The notes beneath the pieces were generated by a model. It was not told the origin of the DNA. It saw nothing but the letters and a program-made list of their open reading frames with translations, and ran no database searches. Made by a program: the position numbers and the translations under genes. Below are positions 8,980-18,040 of a stretch of 64,000 nucleotides of DNA, piece after piece. Origin of the DNA: an uncultured Actinomycetes bacterium (GTDB lineage Bacteria; Actinomycetota; Thermoleophilia; Gaiellales; Gaiellaceae); assembly GCA_963763475.1 (NCBI GenBank), contig CAVXOR010000003.1, positions 174,334 to 238,333 of the forward strand, written 5' to 3'. Position 1 is the stretch's first letter. Each line of letters starts with the position of its first letter.

Positions 8980-9696
8980 GTGGTGATGCTTCCGCTGGAG
9001 CGCGAACTAGACTTGGCCGTCGACGCCCATTCGTATCGGCACGGCCCGCTTGCCGGTCAAGGGCACGAGACACTACGCGTGCTCGTCGGAATCGAGCATC
9101 CGGCAGAGACGATGGGCGCGCGCCTCGCGCTCGAGCGCGACGGCTTCGAGGTATGCGCCGAGGTCGACAGCGCGGACGACGCGATTGAGGCGGCCGGGCG
9201 TGAGAGCCCTGACGTGTGCCTGATCGACGTCAACATCGTCGGCGGCGGAATCCGTGCTGCGGAGGAGATCGCTCGGCGAGTCCCGGGGACGGCAATCGCC
9301 GTTTTCACCCAGTCTGAAAGCTCTTCCGACTTCCTCGCCGCCATCAGAGCGGGTGCAAGGGGGTACCTGCTGATCGACGCCGATGCGGAGCGGCTGCCGC
9401 ATGCGCTCCGTGCTCTCGTGAACGGCGAGGCGGCACTGCCGAGGCACCTCGTCCCGTTGCTCATCGAGGAGTACCGCAAGCTCGGCGGCTACCGGTCGAT
9501 CCTCACTCGCCGCGGCGGCGAGCTCACGAACCGCGAGGTCGAGGTGCTCGGGCTGATGGCAGAGTCGCTTACGACGCAGGAGATTGCCGAGCGCCTCTCC
9601 GTCGAGCCCGTGACGGTCCGCACGCACGTGAGCGGGATCCTGAAGAAGCTCCAGGTGTCGAGCCGTAGCGACGCGCTGAAACTGCTCCGTCACTAG
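8980..9696 (+). CDS. Atypical response regulator, NarL/LuxR family (paralogue of 8261..8896)
   Basis: The LuxR C-terminus is highly similar to the upstream regulator (EPVTVRTHVSGILKKLQVSSR). The receiver keeps the putative phospho-acceptor Asp (LIDVN), but the acidic pair DD is replaced by IE and the conserved Lys by Ile (GYLLID). Confidence 0.85.
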   Translation: MVMLPLERELDLAVDAHSYRHGPLAGQGHETLRVLVGIEHPAETMGARLALERDGFEVCAEVDSADDAIEAAGRESPDVCLIDVNIVGGGIRAAEEIARRVPGTAIAVFTQSESSSDFLAAIRAGARGYLLIDADAERLPHALRALVNGEAALPRHLVPLLIEEYRKLGGYRSILTRRGGELTNREVEVLGLMAESLTTQEIAERLSVEPVTVRTHVSGILKKLQVSSRSDALKLLRH

Positions 9697-9724
9697 AAAC
9701 GCGCGCGGCCCGCATGCATTGCGC

Positions 9725-9742
9725 CGTTGAGAAAGTTCAACG
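9725..9742. promoter_or_regulatory. Inverted repeat CGTTGA-GAAAGT-TCAACG; second copy of the motif at 8915
   Basis: Lies 28 nt after the second regulator stop and about 220 nt upstream of the large secreted-protein gene. Shares the flank TCAACG(C/T)G(C/T)CTCTG with site 1. Confidence 0.45.
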
Positions 9743-9960
9743 TGTCTCTGGGCCGGTCGGCCCATTGCAGTTGCCTCGGCAGTAGTCGACGCTAGTGCCA
9801 CCCACGTACTGCGGACAGGTCGTGAGGCCGAAAGGCTGTCACGGCACAAGGGAGAGCACGACCACGTGGGGACCGACTTTCACGGCGAAACCGTTCGCGG
9901 TCGCCGTCATGCATGCGAACACCAGAACCCTCGGCCATCGCCGGGGATGGGAGGATGGAG

Positions 9961-12900
9961 ATGAGAGGTACTGCGGCAAGAACGACGTCGACCACAAAGG
10001 GTCGGCGTAAGCGAAAAGCACGAACGCGGTTTGCACTGAGCCTCACCATGGCGCTGGCGCTTGTCGGCGCCGTGTTCATGTTCGCCGGCTCCGGAGGCGC
10101 TGCGGCGGCCAGCTCGCCGTCGCCTACGGGCGCGACGATTACGAGCAATCAGGCGGACTATCCGCCGGGCTCCAACGTCACCCTCACGGGTGCAGGCTGG
10201 GGCATCGGCGAGTCGGTCCAGATCCACGTCAACGACGACGCGAATCAGGTCTGGCAGTACGACGGCAGCGCCTTTGCAGGCCTCGACGGCTCGTTCACGC
10301 ACGGCTTCCAACTCCCGAACGTGTTCGTCGCGAACTACAGCGTCACCGCGACCGGCACGACGTCCGGAACGGCGACGACGACGTTCACGGACGCGAACGC
10401 GTCGGCGAACCTCGACCAGTGCGCCAACGGCCGATCCCCGTCGCCGAGTTCTGATGGCTGCGATTCGGACGCCAACCAGTGGGTGAACGGAGCCATCAAC
10501 GGGAGCAAGGCCAACTACTTCGAAGGCGACTCGCTGCCCTATCGCATGGCCTTTGACAATCTCTCGACGTTGGGCCTCCATCACGTGACAATCGAGTGGG
10601 ACACGACGAAGGGCGGCAAGCACGCCCTCGACTACATCACGACGTACAACAACACAGTCACGACGGCGAACCCTTGCCTCGGCATCGCGAGCTGTAACTC
10701 GGCGTCGGGCAACCCCTTTGCCATTCCGATGGATCCGCAGGTCGACAATGGGTCCGGCTCGCCGATCTCGCAGGCCGCCGGGAACTTGACGCTTTTCGGC
10801 GGCACGATCGCCACCGTCTCGTGTGGTGGCCCGGGCGGCTTGGGCTGTGCCGCGGGAAGCCCCTACTACTACAAGAATGGCACAGGCTTTTCGGGTGACC
10901 AGTCGGCGCGGATCACGATCAACTTCACCGCGAGCGTCGTGGATCCGGTCCTCGCGTGGGCGGGACACATCGCGTCGCACAAGGACTGGGGCACGGGGAA
11001 TGCCGCGGCGAACATCACCGGAGACCCGTTCCACACGCGCCTTATCGACCTCGATGGCTCGGGCGGCAATCAGGACCGCGCGCTCTCGTCGGACGCGGTG
11101 ACGTTCCCGGCTGAGATCCACATCATTAAGCACGCGAACGTTCCGTCGACGACCGCGTTCGGCTTCACGGCGTCGCCGACGCCGTTGGCCAACTTCTCTC
11201 TGACCGACGACAGCGCGTCGACCGATCCTCATCAGGACTACACGCTGAGCGACCCGGCCAACTTCAAGACGTACACCGTGTCGGAGGACGATCCGTTGCC
11301 TACCTACGCGCTCACCGGCCTTGCTTGCACCGACGTGGGCGTAGACAACTCGTCGACGAGTCTCGCTACGCGGACGGCCACGTTGAAGGTGGACGAAGGC
11401 GACGTCATCACCTGCACCTTCACGAACACACAGCAGAACGGGACGCTGATCGTCAAGAAGGTTGTCGTCAACGACCATGGCGGAACGAACACGGCAGGCA
11501 ACTTCAACTTCTCAGTGAGCGGGCCTACGGCATCGAGCGGTACCGCGTTCAACGAGACGGCCGACAACGACAGCAACGCACTCACGGGACAGAACACGCT
11601 CTCTGTGAGTCAGGGCACCTACACCGTGACGGAGGACGGCACGCCCATCGCCGGTTACTCCACGACGTACTCGTCCGACTGCACCAGTGTTGTCGTCGCG
11701 GCTGGTCAGACGAAGACCTGTACGGTCACGAACACTGACCAGGCACCGAGCCTGACCCTGAACAAGATCGTCGTGAACGACAACGGCGGCAGCAGGGCGG
11801 AGTCGGAGTGGACGCTGACCGCCAACGGCGGCACCGCGGGCACGCTGTCTGGTGCCGGTGCAGCCGGCAGCAGCGACGTCGTCAGCGGCACCGGCTTTAA
11901 GGCCGGCAGCTACAACCTCTCCGAGAGCGGGCCGACCGATTACACGGCCAGCTCGTGGAGCTGCTCGAAGAACGGCGGCGCCTACGCCGCTGCGACCTCG
12001 ATCACGCTCGGCCTCGGTGACACCGGCGTCTGCAAGATCACCAACGACGACCAGGCACCGAGCCTGACCCTGAACAAGATCGTCGTGAACGACAACGGCG
12101 GCAGCAGGGCGGAGTCGGAGTGGACGCTGACCGCCAACGGCGGCACCGCGGGCACGCTGTCTGGTGCCGGTGCAGCCGGCAGCAGCGACGTCGTCAGCGG
12201 CACCGGCTTTAAGGCCGGCAGCTACAACCTCTCCGAGAGCGGGCCGACCGATTACACGGCCAGCTCGTGGAGCTGCTCGAAGAACGGCGGCGCCTACGCC
12301 GCTGCGACCTCGATCACGCTCGGCCTCGGTGACACCGGCGTCTGCAAGATCACCAACGACGACCAGGCACCGAGCCTGACCCTGAACAAGATCGTCGTGA
12401 ACGACAACGGCGGCAGCAGGGCGGAGTCGGAGTGGACGCTGACCGCCAACGGCGGCACCGCGGGCACGCTGTCTGGTGCCGGTGCAGCCGGCAGCAGCGA
12501 CGTCGTCAGCGGCACCGGCTTTAAGGCCGGCAGCTACAACCTCTCCGAGAGCGGGCCGACCGATTACACGGCCAGCTCGTGGAGCTGCTCGAAGAACGGC
12601 GGCGCCTACGCCGCTGCGACCTCGATCACGCTCGGCCTCGGTGACACCGGCGTCTGCAAGATCACCAACGACGACCAGGCACCGAGCCTGACCCTGAACA
12701 AGATCGTCGTGAACGACAACGGCGGCAGCAGGGCGGAGTCGGAGTGGACGCTGACCGCCAACGGCGGCACCGCGGGCACGCTGTCTGGTGCCGGTGCAGC
12801 CGGCAGCAGCGACGTCGTCAGCGGCACCGGCTTTAAGGCCGGCAGCTACAACCTCTCCGAGAGCGGGCCGACCGATTACACGGCCAGCTCGTGGAGCTGC

Positions 12901-14550
12901 TCGAAGAACGGCGGCGCCTACGCCGCTGCGACCTCGATCACGCTCGGCCTCGGTGACACCGGCGTCTGCAAGATCACCAACGACGACCAGGCACCGAGCC
13001 TGACCCTGAACAAGATCGTCGTGAACGACAACGGCGGCAGCAGGGCGGAGTCGGAGTGGACGCTGACCGCCAACGGCGGCACCGCGGGCACGCTGTCTGG
13101 TGCCGGTGCAGCCGGCAGCAGCGACGTCGTCAGCGGCACCGGCTTTAAGGCCGGCAGCTACAACCTCTCCGAGAGCGGGCCGACCGATTACACGGCCAGC
13201 TCGTGGAGCTGCTCGAAGAACGGCGGCGCCTACGCCGCTGCGACCTCGATCACGCTCGGCCTCGGTGACACCGGCGTCTGCAAGATCACCAACGACGACC
13301 AGGCACCGAGCCTGACCCTGAACAAGATCGTCGTGAACGACAACGGCGGCAGCAGGGCGGAGTCGGAGTGGACGCTGACCGCCAACGGCGGCACCGCGGG
13401 CACGCTGTCTGGTGCCGGTGCAGCCGGCAGCAGCGACGTCGTCAGCGGCACCGGCTTTAAGGCCGGCAGCTACAACCTCTCCGAGAGCGGGCCGACCGAT
13501 TACACGGCCAGCTCGTGGAGCTGCTCGAAGAACGGCGGCGCCTACGCCGCTGCGACCTCGATCACGCTCGGCCTCGGTGACACCGGCGTCTGCAAGATCA
13601 CCAACGACGACAAGCCCGGGACGATCGTGATCGTCAAGCACGCGACTCCTGCTCAGGGCGTCTTCTCGTTCGACACGACCGGTACCACGAGCGGTCATGG
13701 GACGAGCTGGCCAAGCGGCGTGGCTGCCTTCACGCTCACTGGCTCGACTGCGAGTAACGGGAACACGCGGTCATTCACCGTCGACGCGGGCACGTACACC
13801 GTCAAGGAGCAGACGCAGCTGGGCTGGACGCTCACCGGAATTGGCGGATCGACCGATCCGCTCACGTCCGTACGACTGCGTGGTCACCGGCAGCGGCGGC
13901 AGCACGGGCGTTGGCGGATCGCAACAGCCCACGCCGTCTCGATCACGGATTCTCGATCGCGCTCAAGAACGGCGACACCGTCACCTGTACGTTCGAGAAC
14001 ACCGGCAACGGGGCGACGCGGACGCAGGGCTTCTGGGCTACGCATCAGCAGCTTGCGAGGATCGCGTGGATCGGCGGGACCGAGTACGGCCACATCTTCC
14101 CGGGCGTGGCGGCCACTGACCGGCATCGGTGACAAGACGTTCTGCAGCGACACGGTGACGAACGACCTGTCCGGAACCGGCAGGCCGGATCCGGGAATCG
14201 GCGCTGATGGGCGGCTTCTGGATCGGACATCTCGAAGACGTCGACGGCGTCAAGACGCGGTTCGCTCGACCGACAGGGGCAGGATGCAGCTCGTCCAGCA
14301 GCTACTCGCCGCCGAGCTGAACGCCTCGGCGTTCGGAAGCATCCCCGCCGGCGGCAGCGTTCCAAGTTCGCCGCCTGGGAGACCGCGTACTGCAGCGGCA
14401 ACGCGAACACGGTCAGACCGCGCAGCAGGAGGCGGCCTCGTTCAACAGCCAGGGCGACAACAGCACGTTCACGCCCGGGACGTCGGCCGACAGCAAGATC
14501 GCTCGGGCGATCGCGAACTTGATCCCGTACTGGAACACGCTGATCCCTAG
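9961..14550 (+). CDS. Very large secreted repeat protein (adhesin-like; multiple prealbumin/SpaA-Cna-B-like modules); the 3' ~700 bp is disrupted by frame breaks
   Basis: GGGAGGA Shine-Dalgarno, then ATG at 9961. Basic N-region plus hydrophobic signal (FALSLTMALALVGAVFMFAG). Repeated modules ending in C.(V/I)TN(T/D)D. After about 13,860 plausible protein sequence jumps between all three frames (for example FSIALKNGDTVTCTFENTGNGATRTQGFWATH is in frame 0), so the true C-terminus is uncertain. Confidence 0.85.
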   Translation: MRGTAARTTSTTKGRRKRKARTRFALSLTMALALVGAVFMFAGSGGAAAASSPSPTGATITSNQADYPPGSNVTLTGAGWGIGESVQIHVNDDANQVWQYDGSAFAGLDGSFTHGFQLPNVFVANYSVTATGTTSGTATTTFTDANASANLDQCANGRSPSPSSDGCDSDANQWVNGAINGSKANYFEGDSLPYRMAFDNLSTLGLHHVTIEWDTTKGGKHALDYITTYNNTVTTANPCLGIASCNSASGNPFAIPMDPQVDNGSGSPISQAAGNLTLFGGTIATVSCGGPGGLGCAAGSPYYYKNGTGFSGDQSARITINFTASVVDPVLAWAGHIASHKDWGTGNAAANITGDPFHTRLIDLDGSGGNQDRALSSDAVTFPAEIHIIKHANVPSTTAFGFTASPTPLANFSLTDDSASTDPHQDYTLSDPANFKTYTVSEDDPLPTYALTGLACTDVGVDNSSTSLATRTATLKVDEGDVITCTFTNTQQNGTLIVKKVVVNDHGGTNTAGNFNFSVSGPTASSGTAFNETADNDSNALTGQNTLSVSQGTYTVTEDGTPIAGYSTTYSSDCTSVVVAAGQTKTCTVTNTDQAPSLTLNKIVVNDNGGSRAESEWTLTANGGTAGTLSGAGAAGSSDVVSGTGFKAGSYNLSESGPTDYTASSWSCSKNGGAYAAATSITLGLGDTGVCKITNDDQAPSLTLNKIVVNDNGGSRAESEWTLTANGGTAGTLSGAGAAGSSDVVSGTGFKAGSYNLSESGPTDYTASSWSCSKNGGAYAAATSITLGLGDTGVCKITNDDQAPSLTLNKIVVNDNGGSRAESEWTLTANGGTAGTLSGAGAAGSSDVVSGTGFKAGSYNLSESGPTDYTASSWSCSKNGGAYAAATSITLGLGDTGVCKITNDDQAPSLTLNKIVVNDNGGSRAESEWTLTANGGTAGTLSGAGAAGSSDVVSGTGFKAGSYNLSESGPTDYTASSWSCSKNGGAYAAATSITLGLGDTGVCKITNDDQAPSLTLNKIVVNDNGGSRAESEWTLTANGGTAGTLSGAGAAGSSDVVSGTGFKAGSYNLSESGPTDYTASSWSCSKNGGAYAAATSITLGLGDTGVCKITNDDQAPSLTLNKIVVNDNGGSRAESEWTLTANGGTAGTLSGAGAAGSSDVVSGTGFKAGSYNLSESGPTDYTASSWSCSKNGGAYAAATSITLGLGDTGVCKITNDDKPGTIVIVKHATPAQGVFSFDTTGTTSGHGTSWPSGVAAFTLTGSTASNGNTRSFTVDAGTYTVKEQTQLGWTLTGIGGSTDPLTSVRLRGHRQRRQHGRWRIATAHAVSITDSRSRSRTATPSPVRSRTPATGRRGRRASGLRISSLRGSRGSAGPSTATSSRAWRPLTGIGDKTFCSDTVTNDLSGTGRPDPGIGADGRLLDRTSRRRRRRQDAVRSTDRGRMQLVQQLLAAELNASAFGSIPAGGSVPSSPPGRPRTAAATRTRSDRAAGGGLVQQPGRQQHVHARDVGRQQDRSGDRELDPVLEHADP
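11740..13611 (+). repeat. Six head-to-tail, apparently 100% identical 312-bp (104-codon) tandem repeats inside the large secreted-protein gene
   Basis: Units start at 11740, 12052, 12364, 12676, 12988 and 13300. Each encodes QAPSLTLNKIVVNDNGGSRAESEWTLTANGG...GVCKITNDD. The ORF track shows identical off-frame ORFs with a 312-bp period. Confidence 0.97.
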
Positions 14551-14574
14551 GGCGGATCAGATCGCGTTACGAAA

Positions 14575-14604
14575 GGGCCCGGATCTCGCAGATCCGGGCC
14601 CTTT
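14575..14604. terminator. Bidirectional rho-independent terminator
   Basis: GGGCCCGGATC-TCGCA-GATCCGGGCCC (11-bp perfect stem) followed by TTT and preceded by AAA. Lies between convergent genes. Confidence 0.8.
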
Positions 14605-14637
14605 CAGTCTCAACGAGTCGCCTGGGGGCGAGGATGA

Positions 14638-15135
14638 TCAGCCCTGTGCGAGCCAGTCGCCTGTGCTGGCGAGGACGCGGATCGGATTCCTTACCGCCCT
14701 TCCAGCCGTAGGCGTCGAGCTCGGCGCGGCAGGTGGCGGAGCCGCCGCCGCGCTGGGTCCAGATCGACGAGTACGCCACCGAGCGGTGAACGTCGCAGCT
14801 CGGCTTGTTCGAGTCCAGCTGTAGACGAGGTCGGGCCCGAGCATGTTCGTATCGACCGTCCCGTCGCCGTTCACGTCCTGGTAGCAGGAGACGACGACCG
14901 TCGGGTACTCCCAGCCGGCGAGCGCCGGGACAGTGGTCGCGAACGTGAGCCTGTCGCCGAGCTTCGGCGTGGGCTTCACAGTCGCAGCTGCCATGGACGT
15001 GCCGTCCACCGTCGCGATCGTGATGCTCGGCGGCAAACTGCCCGCTCCGCTGCCTCCCTTGCCTGCAACGGCAGGGGTGACTCCGGTGATGAGCCCGGCA
15101 GCGATCATCCACGTAACCAACGTGCGGCGTGACAT
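14638..15135 (-). pseudogene. Small secreted protein with two apparent frame breaks
   Basis: Signal peptide MSRRTLVTWMIAAGLITGVTPAVA. Plausible sequence continues in another frame (LDSNKPSCDVH...SSIWTQRGGGSATCRAELDAYGWKGGKE, track ORF 14567..15112), then returns for ...RVLASTGDWLAQG*. Confidence 0.6.
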
Positions 15136-15317
15136 GCGGTTCTCCCTTCTACGACCCCGTTCTGGGATACCGCGGGGAGATCGTCCGGCTAGTGCATCGC
15201 AGGCATCCCCCAGAAGGGTGGGGGCGGTGCCGCGGCGGCGTGTTTACGCTGCTCGTGCGGGTTTACAGGTCACCGACGGTTCTCTCGTGCTCGCGCGGCT
15301 ATCCCTCGAACGAGTGC

Positions 15318-15791
15318 CTAGTACGGCACGCCGTACGCGATAGCAGTAGCGGCGCGCAGAGCCGACTGCATCGTCACCAAGAGTCGGACGGGCTGGCCGA
15401 TCGCGAGCTTCAGCTTCGGCATCAGCGTCTCGTCCGTTGGATCGGCGACCGCCACGGAGACGGTTCCGTCGGAATGGATCCGGATCGGAATCGCACGGAA
15501 CTCCTGCGACTGCGCGGCTGTCAGCAGCTGCGCGGCGTGGTGGTCGACTGAGACGACGCCGATGTCCACGAACTCCACGCCGGCTTGCTCAGCCAAAACG
15601 CGCGCGATGTCGTCCTCGAAGCAGATGCGCAGGCGAACGAGCGCCTCGCCCAACAGCTCGCCGTGCTCCTTCTCCTCGAGTGCTCGGTCGAGCTCTTCGT
15701 TCTTGACCAGGCCCTTGCGGAGGAGCAGGGCGCCCAGGTGCGAGCGGGGCTCGTTGTCGAAGAAGCTGTGGTCCAGTCGTGCCAGCCGCAT
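15318..15791 (-). CDS. Stand-alone T2SS/T4P GspE N-terminal domain (T2SSE_N / MshEN-like) protein
   Basis: 157 aa: LGALLLRKGLVKNEELDRALEEKE...GEALVRL...DDIARVLAEQAGVEFVDI...AIPIRI. No ATPase domain. Confidence 0.7.
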   Translation of the reverse strand: MRLARLDHSFFDNEPRSHLGALLLRKGLVKNEELDRALEEKEHGELLGEALVRLRICFEDDIARVLAEQAGVEFVDIGVVSVDHHAAQLLTAAQSQEFRAIPIRIHSDGTVSVAVADPTDETLMPKLKLAIGQPVRLLVTMQSALRAATAIAYGVPY

Positions 15792-15847
15792 GTGCCCGGT
15801 TATCGGGATTTTCGGCGCCCGGCTTGAGGATTCGAGCGGAGTCCTGC

Positions 15848-16780
15848 CTATCGCGCCGCGGCCGGCTGCTGCGCGAGCACGAGCTCGGCGATCTCGATCC
15901 CGTTCAGCGCTGCGCCCTTGCGCAGGTTGTCGCAGGCGATGAAGAGGGCCAGGCCGTTCTCGGCGGCCGGGTCGCGCCGGATTCGCCCGACCAGCGCCTC
16001 GTCCCCGCCGGCCGCCTGGCCGGGGGTGGGGAAGTCCTCGACCCGGACGGCGGGCGCGGCCGCCAGTAGCTCTCGCGCGCGCGAGGGGGCGAGCGGCTCC
16101 TCCGTTTCCAGCCAGACTGACTCGGCGTGTCCGACCGGCACGGGCACTCGGACGCAGCTCGCGCTGACCGGCAACTCGGGCAGCTCGAGGATCTTGCGCG
16201 TCTCCTCGCGCAGCTTGACCTCCTCGTCGAACTCCTCGCCGTCGAAGTCCCAGTCGGTCGAGAGGTCGTGCTCGGCCTGCGGCTCGTCGAGCAGCTGCTG
16301 CAGCCGCTGCGCGCCCTTGCCGGAGGCCGATTGGTAGGTCGCGACGCGCACCGCGCGCAGGCCCACCGCGTCGTACAGCGGCTTCAGCACGAGCGTCAGC
16401 GGGATCGTGCAGCAGTTCGGGTTGGCGACGATCCCGTCGTGCTCGAGCGCGCGCTCGCCGTTCACCTCGGGCACCACGAGCGGCACGCCGTTCTGCAAGC
16501 GGAACGCCTCCGACTTGTCGACACAGACCGCGCCGCCGCGCACCGCGTGCGGGACGAGCCCGCGGCTCGCGCTCGAGCCGACCGAGAAGAGGCAGAGGTC
16601 GAGGTCGCCTGCGACGAGCGCCTCGGGCGTGGCCTCCTCGACCACACGGCCGTCGAGCTGGCTTCCGGCCGAGCGCGCCGAGGCGAACAGACGGACGTCC
16701 TCGAAGCCGCGCTCTCGGAGCAACTCGACCACGACACGGCCAACTGCTCCCGTCGCGCCGACGACGCCCACCCTAGGCAT
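15848..16780 (-). CDS. asd: Aspartate-semialdehyde dehydrogenase
   Basis: 310 aa; [14 protein letters not shown] motif; conserved Asd core; 8-bp overlap with the ask end. Confidence 0.92.
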   Translation of the reverse strand: MPRVGVVGATGAVGRVVVELLRERGFEDVRLFASARSAGSQLDGRVVEEATPEALVAGDLDLCLFSVGSSASRGLVPHAVRGGAVCVDKSEAFRLQNGVPLVVPEVNGERALEHDGIVANPNCCTIPLTLVLKPLYDAVGLRAVRVATYQSASGKGAQRLQQLLDEPQAEHDLSTDWDFDGEEFDEEVKLREETRKILELPELPVSASCVRVPVPVGHAESVWLETEEPLAPSRARELLAAAPAVRVEDFPTPGQAAGGDEALVGRIRRDPAAENGLALFIACDNLRKGAALNGIEIAELVLAQQPAAAR

Positions 16781-18024
16781 GCTGGCGCTCCGCCTCCGGC
16801 GCGTCGAGCTCGAACGCCTGATGCAGCACCGCGACGGCCGTGTCGACCTCGTCGGTGCGCACGTGGCAGGCGATCTTGATCGGCGACGTGGTCACCACCT
16901 CCGGCTCGATCCCGGCGTCGGCCAGCGTCGCGAACGCCTTCGCCGCCACGCCCGGATGGCTCTTCATCCCCGCGCCGATCACGCTCACCTTGCCGAGGTC
17001 GTCGCGCGCGCTCCACTGGACGTCCGAGCCCGTCGAGCACCTCGGAGGCCGCGTCGCGGTCGTCGGCGGGCGCCGAGAAGACGATCTCCGGGCCGGTCTG
17101 GACGATCGTGTCGACGTTCACGCTCGCGTCCGCCAGCGCCGCGAACAGCTGCGAGGCGGTCGTGCCCTCGACGCGGTAGAGCGTCTCCTCGCGCGTGTGC
17201 GTGACTCCGGAGATGAGCGCCTTCTCGAGCATCCGATCGTCCTCCTCGCGAATCCAGGTGCCGTCCGCCGGCGAGTAGGAGGGGCGGACGTGCAGCTTGA
17301 CGTGGTGGCTGCGCGCGATCTCGACCGAGCGTACCTGCAGCACCTTCGCGCCCGAGGCGGCCAGCTCGAGCATCTCTTCGAAGCTGACCGCGTGCAGCTT
17401 GCGCGCCTCCGGCACGAGCCGCGGGTCGGCGGTGAAGACGCCCTCGACGTCCGTGTAGATCTCGCAGACCTCCGCGCCGAGCGCCGCGGCCAATGCGACC
17501 GCGGTCGTGTCGGAGCCGCCCCGCCCGAGCGTGGTGATGTCGAAGTCGGTCGAGACGCCCTGGAAACCGGCAACCAGCACGATCCGGTCTTGGTCGAGCG
17601 CCTCGTGAATCCTCCGGGCGCGCACGTCGACGATCTTCGCGCGGCCGTGGACGGTGTCGGTCACGATCCCGGCCTGCGAGCCGGTGAGGCTGATCGCCTC
17701 GGCGCCCAGATCGTGGATCGCCATCGCGGCGAGCGCGCACGAGATCCGCTCGCCGACCGAGATCAGCATGTCGAGCTCGCGCGGCTTCGGCCGCGGCGAG
17801 ACCTCGTAGGCGAGGCGGACGAGGTCGTCGGTCGAGTCGCCCATCGCCGAGAGCACGGCGACGACGCGATTCCCGGCCGCTCGGGCCTCGACCAGGCGGC
17901 GCGCGACCTCCTTGATCTTCTGCGGGTCGGCGACCGAGGTGCCGCCGAACTTCATCACGAGCGTGTTCGCGTGCGGCTCGGCGGCCGCGAGCTCGGGCAG
18001 CGGCTCGAATTCGGTGGTCGTCAC
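16773..18024 (-). CDS. ask: Aspartate kinase, with one apparent frameshift near 17,020-17,030
   Basis: N-terminal 330 aa come from track ORF 16462..18024 ([18 protein letters not shown], ...). The C-terminal ACT region [20 protein letters not shown]... is in ORF 16773..16988, a different frame. Removing one G from GGGCTCGGACGTCC joins ...LDGL to [17 protein letters not shown]. Confidence 0.85.
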
Positions 18025-18040
18025 GGCCGGAAGTCTAGGG

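Noticed and set aside
11740-13611. Possible CRISPR array, because of regular repeats
   Set aside because: The units are 312 bp, directly abutting with no spacers, and in-frame coding sequence. No cas genes are present in the window.
11512-13698. A 728-aa minus-strand ORF and the ladder of identical 71-73-aa ORFs on both strands across the repeat array
   Set aside because: They are off-frame or antisense readings of the 312-bp coding repeat (Arg/Ala/Gly-rich, no start context). They simply inherit the repeat's periodicity, and the plus-strand frame encoding the Ig-like modules is the credible one.
16462-16772. The 3' tail of the 520-aa aspartokinase ORF overlapping asd
   Set aside because: It is read-through caused by the frame break near 17,025. 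The true ACT-domain C-terminus ends at 16773.
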